Shown here: positions 1-9,830 of the stretch, piece by piece | Layout of the letters: every line of letters starts with the position of its first letter | Position numbering within the stretch: the stretch's first letter is position 1 | From: Planctomycetota bacterium | Lineage (GTDB): Bacteria; Planctomycetota; Phycisphaerae; UBA1845 | Assembly: GCA_038043045.1 (NCBI GenBank) | Contig: JBBTCX010000158.1 | Location: forward strand, 1-56,129 | Length of the DNA stretch: 56,129 bases | Reading direction: 5' to 3' | The notes under the pieces: model-generated | The model's input: the letters and a program-made list of their open reading frames with translations, nothing else | What the model was told of the DNA's origin: nothing | Database searches by the model: none | Translations under genes and position numbers: made by a program

Positions 1-419
1 ACCGAGGGTACGCCGCCTTTCTCAAACCGCCATCCACAACTTTGGGTTATATCCCGAGACTCATCGCATCTGAGATCGTTCGAGAACGGTTGGAACAAGA
101 ACTGGACGGCATGTCCGCTTCCGATTTCGATGTTCTTTGTACGCGATTTTTCGCGAGCGAGCCTCGCCTACAGCGGTTTTACGCGGACGGAAATCGAAAG
201 AGCACCGGGCTTCGCCTTCATCTTCTCGCATTCATGGAGGCGAAATTGAAGGAGGCGTCTGCGAGTGAAACTACTTCTTCGGTGCCGATTGGTTGGGACG
301 GAACAGGCGCCGCCGCACCCAGTGAACAAGATTCCGATACTCCGGTCGAACCGGTCGCATGTAGAGATCAGCCATATCGGAGCTTGCCGTGTGACCGAGC
401 CAGCGTTTCACATTGCTGA
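1..419 (+). CDS. 3' part of a hypothetical protein (frame open from the window edge); tail overlaps the integrase 3' end
   Basis: Frame of ORF 42..419 has no stop back to position 3; helical-looking sequence up to about AFMEAKLKE, then a low-complexity tail overlapping 271..419 on the opposite strand. Confidence 0.4.
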   Translation, partial: RGYAAFLKPPSTTLGYIPRLIASEIVRERLEQELDGMSASDFDVLCTRFFASEPRLQRFYADGNRKSTGLRLHLLAFMEAKLKEASASETTSSVPIGWDGTGAAAPSEQDSDTPVEPVACRDQPYRSLPCDRASVSHC

Positions 420-1501
420 TCGACGTGCCCGGTCGAGAACCAAATTCCGTTGCGCCAAGGTGCCTGAGCGTGTAAAAGCCAGACAGCGTGTCTGTGGTGT
501 CTCCGACTTTCGTGCGGAGTTTGGCCCACCATTGCGTCACCGCGTTCGAGGATGATTGAACGAGCGGCACGCCGTTTCGCGTAACGAAGAGAAGCTCCCC
601 CAGTGGCCGGCCTTGCCGGATTTGATACGCATTCACGTACATCCAAACGAGAGGCGGAGTATCGCCGTATCGCTCAACGCCGGTCTTCGCGCGTCGCAGA
701 TCGTAGGCGTCTATGGCGATTTGACCGACTCGAATGACGGCGAGGTCTTTCGCACCAAGGCCAAGACCGATGCCGAGCCAAATCATGGTCTTCCCGCGAA
801 GGTCTGCCGCTCGAAGGAGCTTCTTGAGTTGCTTGACGGTGGGAAGAAGCCGCTCGCGAGGCGGAGCCCCGTGGGCCACGTCGCGCGAATCCCAATTCCA
901 AGCGAGAACTTGGCACCTGTGCTCGGGCCTGCCCGCTCGGTCGATGATGGCTTTGACGAGTTGGATTCGCTTTGCGACCTGGGACGCGGAGAAACCCTTC
1001 GCGGCGATGTGGCGATTGTAGCCCTCGATGTCTTCCATCGAGAGGTCCACGATTCGCATCCGTGCGACCGTTCCGATTCCGTGGCGACCGTTAAGGAATT
1101 CGAGAAAGTCGCGGATCTGCTTCTTGAGGTCGCGGAAAAAGGGTCCTGCGATGGTGCCGCGTCGGCGCGGCTCGTTCGCAGTTCGCGTCCTGGCCCGCTC
1201 CGCTTCGATAAGGCCGCTGGCGATGTCAAGGATGCTGCCTGAGAGCATTTTCGTCTTCGGACCGCGTCCTCGCCGCGGGTGCGCTTGTTGGAGGCGCGAG
1301 AGGCGGCTTTCCGCCAAGGTACTCCGCAAGCCATTTGTGATAGAGTGCGCGGGCGTCGGGTTCGCGTTCTCGCTCCTCAATTCCGAATCGGTGTCGTTTG
1401 GAGTGCCGGGTAACGCGGTCACGATAGGCGACGTGCCAGCCGATACCCCGGTTCGAGGTGTAGCGAAGCTTCGGAATCCGTTGTCGAGAGGTCTTTGCTA
1501 A
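271..1501 (-). pseudogene. Tyrosine recombinase/integrase, apparently frameshifted (N-terminal domain in a different frame from the catalytic domain)
   Basis: ORF 271..1422 has RAKTG, GFYTLRHLGAT, WLGH and MADLY integrase motifs. Frame 1501..1226 encodes LAKTSRQRIPKLRYTSNRGIGWHVAYRD...HRFG...ARALYHKWLAEYLGG, which resembles an integrase N-terminal domain, begins at TTA after GGAG and stops at TGA 1226-1228. Confidence 0.75.
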
Positions 1502-1561
1502 GCCCCGGCTCCGCGTATAATGGCCCCTACGCTTTGGCCGTTAGGCAGGGTATTCGCCGGG

Positions 1562-1598
1562 CTTAAGTTGTGCAAGGATGCGGCCTTAAGTTGTGCAA
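1562..1598. repeat. 14-bp direct repeat CTTAAGTTGTGCAA x2 (1562-1575, 1585-1598)
   Basis: Exact repeat between the integrase and the tRNA; function (arm-type or regulator site) is inference. Confidence 0.7.
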
Positions 1599-1608
1599 AA
1601 CCGCGTTT

Positions 1609-1680
<72 letters not shown>

Positions 1681-1705
1681 GTGAAATGTAAACCCTTTGC
1701 CGAAC

Positions 1706-1850
1706 GCTAGTGTAGTGTATCAACCTGATGCAATATTATCCGAACCGCACGCATTGGCCGTTTGGCCCCGCAGGTCGTCGGGCAACCGCTCCCTCACGGT
1801 CGCGGCTCGGATTTTGATAACCATGCCCAATTCAGAGACACTACACTAGC
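1706..1850. mobile_element. MITE-like element with 13-bp terminal inverted repeats, carrying a REP-like motif
   Basis: GCTAGTGTAGTGT (1706-1718) and ACACTACACTAGC (1838-1850) are perfect inverted repeats with CTAG ends; internal CCGCTCCCTCACGGTCGCGGCTC at 1786-1808; no transposase. Confidence 0.75.
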
Positions 1851-1985
1851 CTTCTGGCATCGCCACGGACGTCACAAACTAAATTATTCAGTTTCACTTT
1901 GCGTGACGAGGGTCGTTCGCAAAGAGACGCATTACAGCGCCTGCCGGTTGCGAAAGGCCACACCCCACCTGGCACAACGGAGCCC

Positions 1986-2004
1986 ATCTAAACCGATTTT
2001 AGAT
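1986..2004. promoter_or_regulatory. 7-5-7 palindrome ATCTAAA-CCGAT-TTTAGAT upstream of the sigma/RND operon (candidate operator)
   Basis: Perfect AT-rich inverted repeat about 60 bp upstream of the start codon. Confidence 0.4.
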
Positions 2005-2064
2005 TCCGGGATGAACTCGTTGAGCCACGTCGTCTACGTTAGATAGAAGAATCGAGCGTATGCG

Positions 2065-2637
2065 ATGGATGAACTAACAAGTGAATTCCTGCGGCATGTC
2101 CGGCCACTTGGGGGACGACTCCAAGCGGTAGCACGGAAGTACTGCGCCCGGCGGGAGGACGCGGCGGACTTGGTGCAGGAAACGCTTCTACGCGCCTGGC
2201 GGGCGTTTTCGCCAGTCGAGGGGCCAACACATCCACGGGCATGGCTGTTCTCGATCATGCGAAACATCGTCATCGATTGGCATCGATCCACGGGACGACA
2301 GGTTTTGCTCGTTCCGGTGGCTCAGGAAGAGTTGACGGAGATCGCAGCGACCAGCCGTGACGAACCATTCGCCCCCTTGTGCGGCATGAGTGAGGAACAA
2401 TTTCGGGAGTTCTTGGATCGGGCTGTCGTTCGGGCGTTCGATGCGCTGGATGCGCCGTTTCGCGAGGTAGTGATTCTCTCTGTGGCCGGCGATCTGAGTT
2501 ATCGAGAAATCGCTGACGTGCTCGATTGTCCCGTCGGAACGGTGATGTCGAGGATGGCTCGCGCACGTGGGGCCCTCCGTGAACGGCTCGCGGATTTTGC
2601 TCGCTCCCCCCTGCATCGGAAGGAGGCTCGACAATGA
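2065..2637 (+). CDS. ECF RNA polymerase sigma-70 factor
   Basis: DAADLVQETLLRAW and RAWLFSIMRN (region 2); LSYREIADVLDCPVGTVMSRMARAR (region 4). Confidence 0.95.
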   Translation: MDELTSEFLRHVRPLGGRLQAVARKYCARREDAADLVQETLLRAWRAFSPVEGPTHPRAWLFSIMRNIVIDWHRSTGRQVLLVPVAQEELTEIAATSRDEPFAPLCGMSEEQFREFLDRAVVRAFDALDAPFREVVILSVAGDLSYREIADVLDCPVGTVMSRMARARGALRERLADFARSPLHRKEARQ

Positions 2638-3434
2638 ATTGTCGCGAACTCCGTGAGTACCTTTTTGCTTTCCTGGACAGCGAGCTTGACGCCGCGCTCA
2701 GTATCGAGGTGCAGCGGCACTTGGAGCAATGTCCCGAATGCGCTCGTGAGGCGGAAATCGAACGTGCCATCCGTCGGCAACTTTCGCAGGCGCTCCACGA
2801 GTGCAGCGAAGAAGGGACACAGTCTGCCGATTCCCAACTGGACGAAGTTCTCGCAAGGATTACCTCGAACGACAAGCCGAAGTTGAAACGAGCACTGCTC
2901 CCGAATCGTTGGGTGGCGGTGCTTTCCGCAGCGGCGGTCATCGGGTTTGCGGTCATCATCGGTGTGCTTTGGCGAGGCGAGGCCGGTCATCGCCCCAATC
3001 AATTTGTCGATTTGCTGATCGCCGACTTCGAGCACTTTCAAGAGAAGGGGCAGCCGCTTCAGATTGCCTCATCTGATCCGATTGAGGTCTCGAATTGGGT
3101 AGCGGACCAGACGGCATTTCAGGTCACGTTGCCGGCATTGACTGATACACACGGAAAACTTCTCGGCGCGCGCAAGTGCACCATTGACGGCAAACCCGCG
3201 GCCTTGGCGGCCTACGATCTCCATGGTTCGCTGGCGTCTCTGGTGATCATGCCTGGTGCCAATCCCGACATCGACAACATGGAGCGGGTCGAACACCAAG
3301 GACATGCGCATTGGGTCGATCGTTGCAAGGGGCACACGGTGGTGGCGTGCAAGCGGGGCGCGTTGGTGTATGCGGCGGTTTCCAAATTGCCGGAAGATCG
3401 TTTGCTTGCCCTGATGACAAACTCAGAACGATAG
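2634..3434 (+). CDS. Zinc-binding (ZAS/zf-HC2) transmembrane anti-sigma factor
   Basis: N-terminal MNC...FLDSEL...HLEQCPEC (HxxxCxxC), one TM helix, periplasmic domain; ATGA overlap with the sigma gene. Confidence 0.9.
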   Translation: MNCRELREYLFAFLDSELDAALSIEVQRHLEQCPECAREAEIERAIRRQLSQALHECSEEGTQSADSQLDEVLARITSNDKPKLKRALLPNRWVAVLSAAAVIGFAVIIGVLWRGEAGHRPNQFVDLLIADFEHFQEKGQPLQIASSDPIEVSNWVADQTAFQVTLPALTDTHGKLLGARKCTIDGKPAALAAYDLHGSLASLVIMPGANPDIDNMERVEHQGHAHWVDRCKGHTVVACKRGALVYAAVSKLPEDRLLALMTNSER

Positions 3435-3445
3435 GAGCACGTTGC

Positions 3446-6400
3446 ATGTGGCTGGTCCGAAGCGCGCTGAAGAATCCCTATCTCGTCGTCGTGCTCGCGC
3501 TCGCCGTGCTCATCATCGGCGTCACCTCCATCACACGCATTCCCACGGACATCCTGCCGCTCTTCAAGACGCCGGCGGTGCAAATCCTGACGTTCTACCC
3601 CGGCATGCCCGCGGAGATCATGGAGAAGGACATCACCAGTCGGCTTGAACGATGGACGGGGCAATCGAACGGCATTGCCCGGCAGGAAGCCAAGAGCATG
3701 ATCGGTGTGTCCGTGGTGAAGGACTTCTTCCGCGAGGACATCGATCTAAACACCGCCATGTCGCAAGTCACGTCGCTGGCAATGAGCGACTTGTTCTACC
3801 TGCCGCCGGGCACCATTCCGCCGATGGTGATGCCTTTCGATCCTACGGCGAGCATTCCGCTCTGCCTGCTCACGGTGTTCAGCGAGACGCACGACGAAAA
3901 GACGCTGTATGACATCGCGTATTTTGAGTTGCGCAACCGACTCCAAGGAATCACGGGCGTGATCGCTCCCGCCGTGTACGGCGGGAAACTACGGCGCATC
4001 TTGACGTACGTCGACCGCGACAAGCTCCAGGCCCGAAACCTCTCACCGATGGACGTGGTTCAGGCGGTCCAGCGGTACAACACCATGATCCCGACGGGTA
4101 GCGCGAAGTTCGGTGACCTCGATTATCAGATCAATGCCAACGGAATGGTGGAGCAAGTCGCGGAACTCAACGACATCCCCGTAAAGCTCAACGGCACGGC
4201 CTCCGTTTTCGTGAAGGACGTGGCCGAAGCCAAAGATACTTCGGCCATTCAGACCAACATCGTCCGGGTGAATGGTCGGCGACAGGTGTACATCCCGATT
4301 TACCGTCAACCGGGTGCGAACACGATCCAAATCGTTGAAGGTCTGCAGAAGATGCTCGCCCCCATCCGCGAGCGGCTTCCCAAGGGCGTGAACTTAGCGG
4401 TCACCTTCGATCAGTCGGTATACGTGAAAGAGGCGATCACGAACCTGGAACATGAAGCCTTGATCGGCGCCGGGTTGGCCGTGGCCATGATCCTGCTTTT
4501 CCTGGGAAGCGTCCGCTCCACGCTCATCATCGCGCTGGCCATTCCATTGTCGGTGCTAGCGGCGTTCATCGGATTGTATTTCACCAAGAACAGCATCAAC
4601 GTCATGACGTTGGGTGGACTCGCCCTGGTCATGGGTCGGTTGGTGGATGACGCGATTGTCGTGTTGGAGAACACGCATCGCCATCTGCAAATGGGCAAGG
4701 CGCCGGCAACCGCGGCGCTGGATGCCGCCGGCGAAGTCGCCATGCCGGTGCTGGTGGCCACGATCACGACGGTCGTTGTGTTCTTTCCCGTGGTGTTCTT
4801 GAGCGGGCTGGGACGATTCCTCTTCACTCCCTTGGCGCTTTCGGTGACGTTTGCCATCGCTGCGTCGTACTTCGTGGCCATGACGCTGGTGCCGATCTGC
4901 TGTGCGAAGTTTTTTCGCGCCCACCTTCCGAGCGTGACGCATGCCGAAGGTCCACCGAAGACGCTGGTGGACCGAATGACCGATCGCCTGACGACACTGT
5001 GTGGCACCGTTGTCGAATGGGCGCTCAGGCGACGGCTGCTGGTGACCGGCGCGACCGTGGCGGCTTTCGCTGCGTCGCTGCTCCTGTATCCGCAGATCGG
5101 CCGTGAACTGTTCCCGAGCGTCGACGTGGGCCAGTTCACCGTTCGCGTGCGTGCTCCTTCCGGTACCCGAATCGAAGAAAGCGAGAAACTCGTTGCGCGG
5201 GTGGAGAAGTCCATTCAGGAGACCATTCCCAAAGACGATCTTTCGATGCTCATATCGAACATCGGCGTGCTTCTGGACTGGCCCGCCGCATACACGCCAA
5301 ATTCGGGGCCGATGGATTCGTTCGTGCTCGTTCAGTTGACTCCGGAGCGCTCGACGAGCATTCAGGAATATGTCGTCGCGCTGCGGGAAACGCTGAATCG
5401 GGACTACCCGGGGATCGAGTTCGCGTTCGAGACCGGCGGGATGATGACCGCGGCGCTGAACTTCGGGCTACCATCGCCGATCAACATCCAAGTCGAAGGC
5501 AACAAGCTCGACGTGGCTGCGAGAATCGCCCAGCGGGTGATGCACATTTGCGAAGGGGTACCTGGAACGGCAGATGTTCGCATCCAGCAGAAACTAGACT
5601 ATCCGCAAATCGCTGTGGACGTGGATCGGACTCGCGCCGCCTACGTCGGGCTTGATCAGGTCGAGGTAGTCAAAAACGTGGTGACGGCGTTCAATAGCTC
5701 GATCAATTTCAACCCCTCATTTTGGATCGATCACAAGAACGGAAATCACTACTTCATCGGGGCCCAGTATCCGGAAAGCGACATCGTTTCGATGAACACG
5801 CTGGAGCACATTCCCATCACCGGCAAGAACCAGGAATCGTCGGTGCTGCTCAAGAACATCGCCAAGTTCCGCCGCACGACGGCGCCCGCTGAGATCAATC
5901 ACTTGAACATCAACCGCGTCACCGACATTTTTGTGAACGTCCACGGGCGCGACGTTGGTTCCATCGCGGCGGAGATCGAGGAAGGAATCGATGCCCTTCG
6001 GGCGGAGATGAAAGCGGAGGACGCCGCCGCGGCGGCAGCGGAGAAGTCCAAACCGTGGGAAGGATATCGCATCTACATGCGCGGCGAGGTGGCCAGCATG
6101 AAGGAATCGTTCGCCAGTCTTGGATTTGGGTTGGCGTTGGCGAGCGTGCTGGTCTACCTCGTCATGGTGGCACAGTTCCGCTCGTTCGTGGATCCATTCA
6201 TCGTCATGTTTGCGGTGCCGCTGGGCTTGATGGGCGTGCTGGCTACGCTCTACCTCACCAACACGACCATCAACATCCAGTCGTTCATGGGCGTAATCTT
6301 CATGGTGGGCATTGCCGTGTCGAACAGCGTGCTGCTGGTTGAGTTCGCCAATCGCCTGTGCGAGGAAAAGGGGCTCTCCCCTTTCGATGCCGCGCTGGAG

Positions 6401-6628
6401 GCGGCCAAGATTCGATTGCGACCCATTCTCATGACCGCCCTTGCGGCCATTCTTGGGCTCATGCCTATGGCCATTGGCATGGGGCGCGGCACCGAGGCGA
6501 ACGTCCCCCTGGCCCGCGCCGTGGTTGGCGGGCTCACGGTTTCGACAGTGCTGGTCCTGGTGTTCGTTCCGGTTTTGTACACGTTTTTAAAGAGACCGGC
6601 CCGTGTCGCCGTGGCGACGGTTGGCTAG
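3446..6628 (+). CDS. RND efflux permease (AcrB/CusA superfamily)
   Basis: About 1060 aa; GRLVDDAIVVLEN and RLRPILMT motifs; AGGAG RBS before ATG 3446. Confidence 0.96.
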   Translation: MWLVRSALKNPYLVVVLALAVLIIGVTSITRIPTDILPLFKTPAVQILTFYPGMPAEIMEKDITSRLERWTGQSNGIARQEAKSMIGVSVVKDFFREDIDLNTAMSQVTSLAMSDLFYLPPGTIPPMVMPFDPTASIPLCLLTVFSETHDEKTLYDIAYFELRNRLQGITGVIAPAVYGGKLRRILTYVDRDKLQARNLSPMDVVQAVQRYNTMIPTGSAKFGDLDYQINANGMVEQVAELNDIPVKLNGTASVFVKDVAEAKDTSAIQTNIVRVNGRRQVYIPIYRQPGANTIQIVEGLQKMLAPIRERLPKGVNLAVTFDQSVYVKEAITNLEHEALIGAGLAVAMILLFLGSVRSTLIIALAIPLSVLAAFIGLYFTKNSINVMTLGGLALVMGRLVDDAIVVLENTHRHLQMGKAPATAALDAAGEVAMPVLVATITTVVVFFPVVFLSGLGRFLFTPLALSVTFAIAASYFVAMTLVPICCAKFFRAHLPSVTHAEGPPKTLVDRMTDRLTTLCGTVVEWALRRRLLVTGATVAAFAASLLLYPQIGRELFPSVDVGQFTVRVRAPSGTRIEESEKLVARVEKSIQETIPKDDLSMLISNIGVLLDWPAAYTPNSGPMDSFVLVQLTPERSTSIQEYVVALRETLNRDYPGIEFAFETGGMMTAALNFGLPSPINIQVEGNKLDVAARIAQRVMHICEGVPGTADVRIQQKLDYPQIAVDVDRTRAAYVGLDQVEVVKNVVTAFNSSINFNPSFWIDHKNGNHYFIGAQYPESDIVSMNTLEHIPITGKNQESSVLLKNIAKFRRTTAPAEINHLNINRVTDIFVNVHGRDVGSIAAEIEEGIDALRAEMKAEDAAAAAAEKSKPWEGYRIYMRGEVASMKESFASLGFGLALASVLVYLVMVAQFRSFVDPFIVMFAVPLGLMGVLATLYLTNTTINIQSFMGVIFMVGIAVSNSVLLVEFANRLCEEKGLSPFDAALEAAKIRLRPILMTALAAILGLMPMAIGMGRGTEANVPLARAVVGGLTVSTVLVLVFVPVLYTFLKRPARVAVATVG

Positions 6629-6638
6629 GAGGAAGCAA

Positions 6639-7961
6639 ATGCATAAACACGCACGTTGGTTTGGGATTCTCGGCGCGCTGCTCGTCGCACTCGGCGGCGT
6701 GTGGATGAGCAAGCGCCAAGGGACCGCGAGCGCATCGGAGACCCCGAAGTCTCCACCAACTGCCGGATCGGTCGAATCGGGAAAGCCGCGTAGCGTCGAG
6801 GTGACCGCACCGAAGCGAGAGAACATGTCGCGGCGCCTGGACGTACCCGCGACGATGGAGGCGTACGAACAGGCCGACCTTTATGCGAAGGCGTCCGGGT
6901 TCATCACCGAAGTGCGCATCGATATCGGCGACCGTGTCAAAACCGGGGACGTTCTAGCTGTGATCGACGTGCCGGAAATGCTCAAGGAGTTGGCGGAAGC
7001 TGAGGCGCTTCACGCCGCGGCCGTCGCCGGCGTCCAAACGACAGAGTCCAAGATCGTCCAGGCGAAAAAGATGCACGACGTGGCCAGGAGCATGCTCGTG
7101 CGTACTCAGGCCGAATACACTCTCAAGAAGACGACTCTGCAGCGGCGGAAAGAACTGTTCGGCGGAACGGCCATTACCCAGGAACAACTCGACGAAGCCC
7201 AGAACCAGCACGACATTGCTCAGGCGGACGTGGGCATCGCGGAGGCCAAGATTGCCGCCGCGGAGGCGGACATTGCGAGCGCGGAGGCTTTCCGCACTGC
7301 GGCCGTGGCCAATGTCGCGGTTGCACAGGCGCGCATCGAGAAGACGGAAACGCTCATGCAATACGCGCGTGTCGTTGCGCCGTTTGACGGCGTCGTGACC
7401 CGCCGATCGGTGGATCGCGGAGCGTTTGTTCAGTCCGCAGCGGCTAGCCGCACCATGCCGCTTTTCACGATGCAGCGCATCGACAAGCTTCGCATTCTCG
7501 TGGAGATTCCGGAAACTGATATCGCTTTCGTTAGAACCGGATCGTCGGCCAAGGTGAAGCCCTATGGCAATGAGGGTGTCGAGCTAGTCGGAACAATTGC
7601 CCGGGCCGCTTTATCGCTCAAGTTGGACACCCGCACGATGCGGACCGAAATCGACCTCGACAATAGTGACGGGCGGCTCATGCACGGGATGTACGCCCAA
7701 GTCGTGATTGAACTCGACGAACGTGTTGGTGCTTTGACCGTTCCCGCTTCGTCGCTCTTGACCGAAGGCAAGGTGGCGTTTGTTTATACAGTGGTGGACG
7801 ATCGCGCGGTGCGTACTCCTGTTCGGATCGGGCTCGATGACGGAGTTCGCGTTCAAATCACCGAGGGCCTGACGAACGAATCGCTGGTCGTCGTAACCGG
7901 CAAGGGCCTCATCTCGGATGGTTCGCTGGTGCGACCCGTTCGTATGGATACCGGCACATGA
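6639..7961 (+). CDS. RND membrane fusion protein (periplasmic adaptor)
   Basis: N-terminal TM, DIGDRVKTGDVL and VVAPFDGVVT lipoyl-like halves around a long alpha-hairpin; GGAGG RBS. Confidence 0.95.
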   Translation: MHKHARWFGILGALLVALGGVWMSKRQGTASASETPKSPPTAGSVESGKPRSVEVTAPKRENMSRRLDVPATMEAYEQADLYAKASGFITEVRIDIGDRVKTGDVLAVIDVPEMLKELAEAEALHAAAVAGVQTTESKIVQAKKMHDVARSMLVRTQAEYTLKKTTLQRRKELFGGTAITQEQLDEAQNQHDIAQADVGIAEAKIAAAEADIASAEAFRTAAVANVAVAQARIEKTETLMQYARVVAPFDGVVTRRSVDRGAFVQSAAASRTMPLFTMQRIDKLRILVEIPETDIAFVRTGSSAKVKPYGNEGVELVGTIARAALSLKLDTRTMRTEIDLDNSDGRLMHGMYAQVVIELDERVGALTVPASSLLTEGKVAFVYTVVDDRAVRTPVRIGLDDGVRVQITEGLTNESLVVVTGKGLISDGSLVRPVRMDTGT

Positions 7962-9538
7962 ACATGAATCGGATTCCAAGCGAAGGCGGCTGCGTGGTGT
8001 GGCGAGTTGGATTGTCGTTCGGACTATTGCTCGCGGGTTGCGCGACGCCGGAGAAGTCGAGACCGGCAGCCGTGCGGCCCGATGTCTCACCGAAGGGTGC
8101 TCGTGCATCGAGTGCGACGATCCCGCTTGACGCATCGCAGATCAAGCCGATGTTCACGGAGCTTCTCCCAATCGATCTGCCCACGGTCGTCCGAGTCGCC
8201 GTTGCCCAGAACGCCGACATCAAGCAGGCGCGGTTGAATGTCACCGCAGTCGAAGGCGGCTACGAAAGCGCCGTGGGCGCAGCCTTTCCGGCCATTGTTC
8301 CTACAGCGCTCTTCGAGCACGTCGAGGGGAGCGTGCGTGCCACGGAAGGCAATATCGTTAGCGGCGTGAATTTCAATACGTTTCAGCCTGCGGTGGCGAT
8401 TCAATGGTTGGTCAATCCCGGGCGAGTCATCTACGACATCGTGGCGGCGAAGAAACGACTTTCGGCGGCAGAGCACTTTGAACAATCCGTGACGCTCGCG
8501 ACGATCCGTGATGCTTCGGTCCAGTTCTATGCGCTTGCGTTCGGTCAAACGCGGATTTCAGCCGCGCACCGCGGTGTCGAAGAGGCCACGGAATTGCTTC
8601 GGGTGAACCGCCTGAAGCTCAAGACCGGGACGGGGGTGCAAGCGGATGTTCTCCGAGCCGAGGCCCGTTTCGCCGAGCGTCAGCAGGATCTGGTAACGGC
8701 GCTAAAGGAATTCTACGACGCGTCCGTAGCGCTGGCTGTGACCTTACACCTTGATTCATCCGTGACGCTGGTGCCTTCCCTGACGACACTGGAGAGGACA
8801 CAACTGGTTCGTGAAGACCTGAGTATAGAAGAGACGTTGGGGATTGCGGTGACCTTCCGCCCGGAACTGGAAGGGTTTCGGAATCTGATCGATGCAGCCA
8901 TCGCGGAGGGAAAGAAAACTTGGTGGACCGGATTCGGACCGACGGTATCGCTGGGCTATCAGTACGGGGGGATCAACGGGCACGCGAACAACGTCGTTCC
9001 GGCGGAAAGGATTCCCGGCAATCTAATCGTGAATCCCGCATCCGCGAATGGCTCGTTCAGCAGCAACCCGTTTGCCAACGGACTGATCAAGGAAGGGATC
9101 CTTCGCGGGTCGAAGCGGCTGGATGGCCGTGAGGATCAGACGTACAGCTTTAGCGACCAGCAACGCGCAACCGCTGCCGCAGGTTGGCGGCTGAGCTTGT
9201 CCACACTCGGCGATTTGAAGACGGCCAAGGCCCGCGAGCAAGAGGCACTGGTTCGATACGAGCGCATCTTGGACGAAGTTCGTGCCGAAGCGGTAACCGC
9301 GACTCAAGCCGCCCGCACCTACAATCAGTTGATCGAATTCGCCCGACAGCAAGTAGCTTCGGCGGAGGAGGCTCTTCGGCTGAGCCAAGCCAATCTCCAG
9401 ACCGGCACGATGACAACCCTTGATGTGCTGCAGGCCCAAGACACCGCGACGCAGGCGCGCCTTCGCTTCGCCGAGGCCGTTGTCCGCTACAACCAGTCGC
9501 AGGTCAGATTACTCGCGGCCCTGGGCCTGATCGGCTAA
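7958..9538 (+). CDS. TolC-family outer membrane efflux lipoprotein
   Basis: LLAGC lipobox, two OEP repeats (GTGVQADVLRAE; GTMTTLDVLQAQ), operonic with RND/MFP. Confidence 0.92.
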   Translation: MNMNRIPSEGGCVVWRVGLSFGLLLAGCATPEKSRPAAVRPDVSPKGARASSATIPLDASQIKPMFTELLPIDLPTVVRVAVAQNADIKQARLNVTAVEGGYESAVGAAFPAIVPTALFEHVEGSVRATEGNIVSGVNFNTFQPAVAIQWLVNPGRVIYDIVAAKKRLSAAEHFEQSVTLATIRDASVQFYALAFGQTRISAAHRGVEEATELLRVNRLKLKTGTGVQADVLRAEARFAERQQDLVTALKEFYDASVALAVTLHLDSSVTLVPSLTTLERTQLVREDLSIEETLGIAVTFRPELEGFRNLIDAAIAEGKKTWWTGFGPTVSLGYQYGGINGHANNVVPAERIPGNLIVNPASANGSFSSNPFANGLIKEGILRGSKRLDGREDQTYSFSDQQRATAAAGWRLSLSTLGDLKTAKAREQEALVRYERILDEVRAEAVTATQAARTYNQLIEFARQQVASAEEALRLSQANLQTGTMTTLDVLQAQDTATQARLRFAEAVVRYNQSQVRLLAALGLIG

Positions 9539-9731
9539 CTCGGGATTGGATGCAGTAAAAAGAAGCTGTTTAGCCATTTTGGACGAGCGACAGGACTGGA
9601 TGACTTGTCGCGGTTGAACCGAGTCCCGCGCGCACCACGTCGCGCTCACTTCGTTCGCACGGCGGCAGTTGGACTATCAATCGGCGTCACAGACCGATGG
9701 ATCTCGCCACGGTGTATTTCTGACCCAATTT

Positions 9732-9752
9732 TTTTGCGTCACTTTTGCGTCA
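9732..9752. repeat. Tandem 10-bp direct repeat TTTTGCGTCA x2 (11-bp period)
   Basis: Exact copies at 9732-9741 and 9743-9752. Confidence 0.55.
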
Positions 9753-9830
9753 AATCGAGTCCAGAAACAGCCCAAAGTCAGTCCGGAACCAGTCGGGAAT
9801 CCGTGATACAACCCCTTGCTACGCCGATCG

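Noticed and set aside
2012-2040. GAAC...CGTC ECF autoregulatory promoter
   Set aside because: Spacing does not fit a standard ECF consensus cleanly; too weak to call
3311-3445. N-terminal extension of the RND ORF
   Set aside because: Overlaps the anti-sigma gene; AGGAG RBS supports ATG 3446
9605-9637. GTCGCGGTTGAACCGAGTCCCGCGCGCACCA as a tRNA 3' fragment (attR)
   Set aside because: Ends in CCA but does not match the tRNA-Gly 3' end and lacks an intact TTCGA loop
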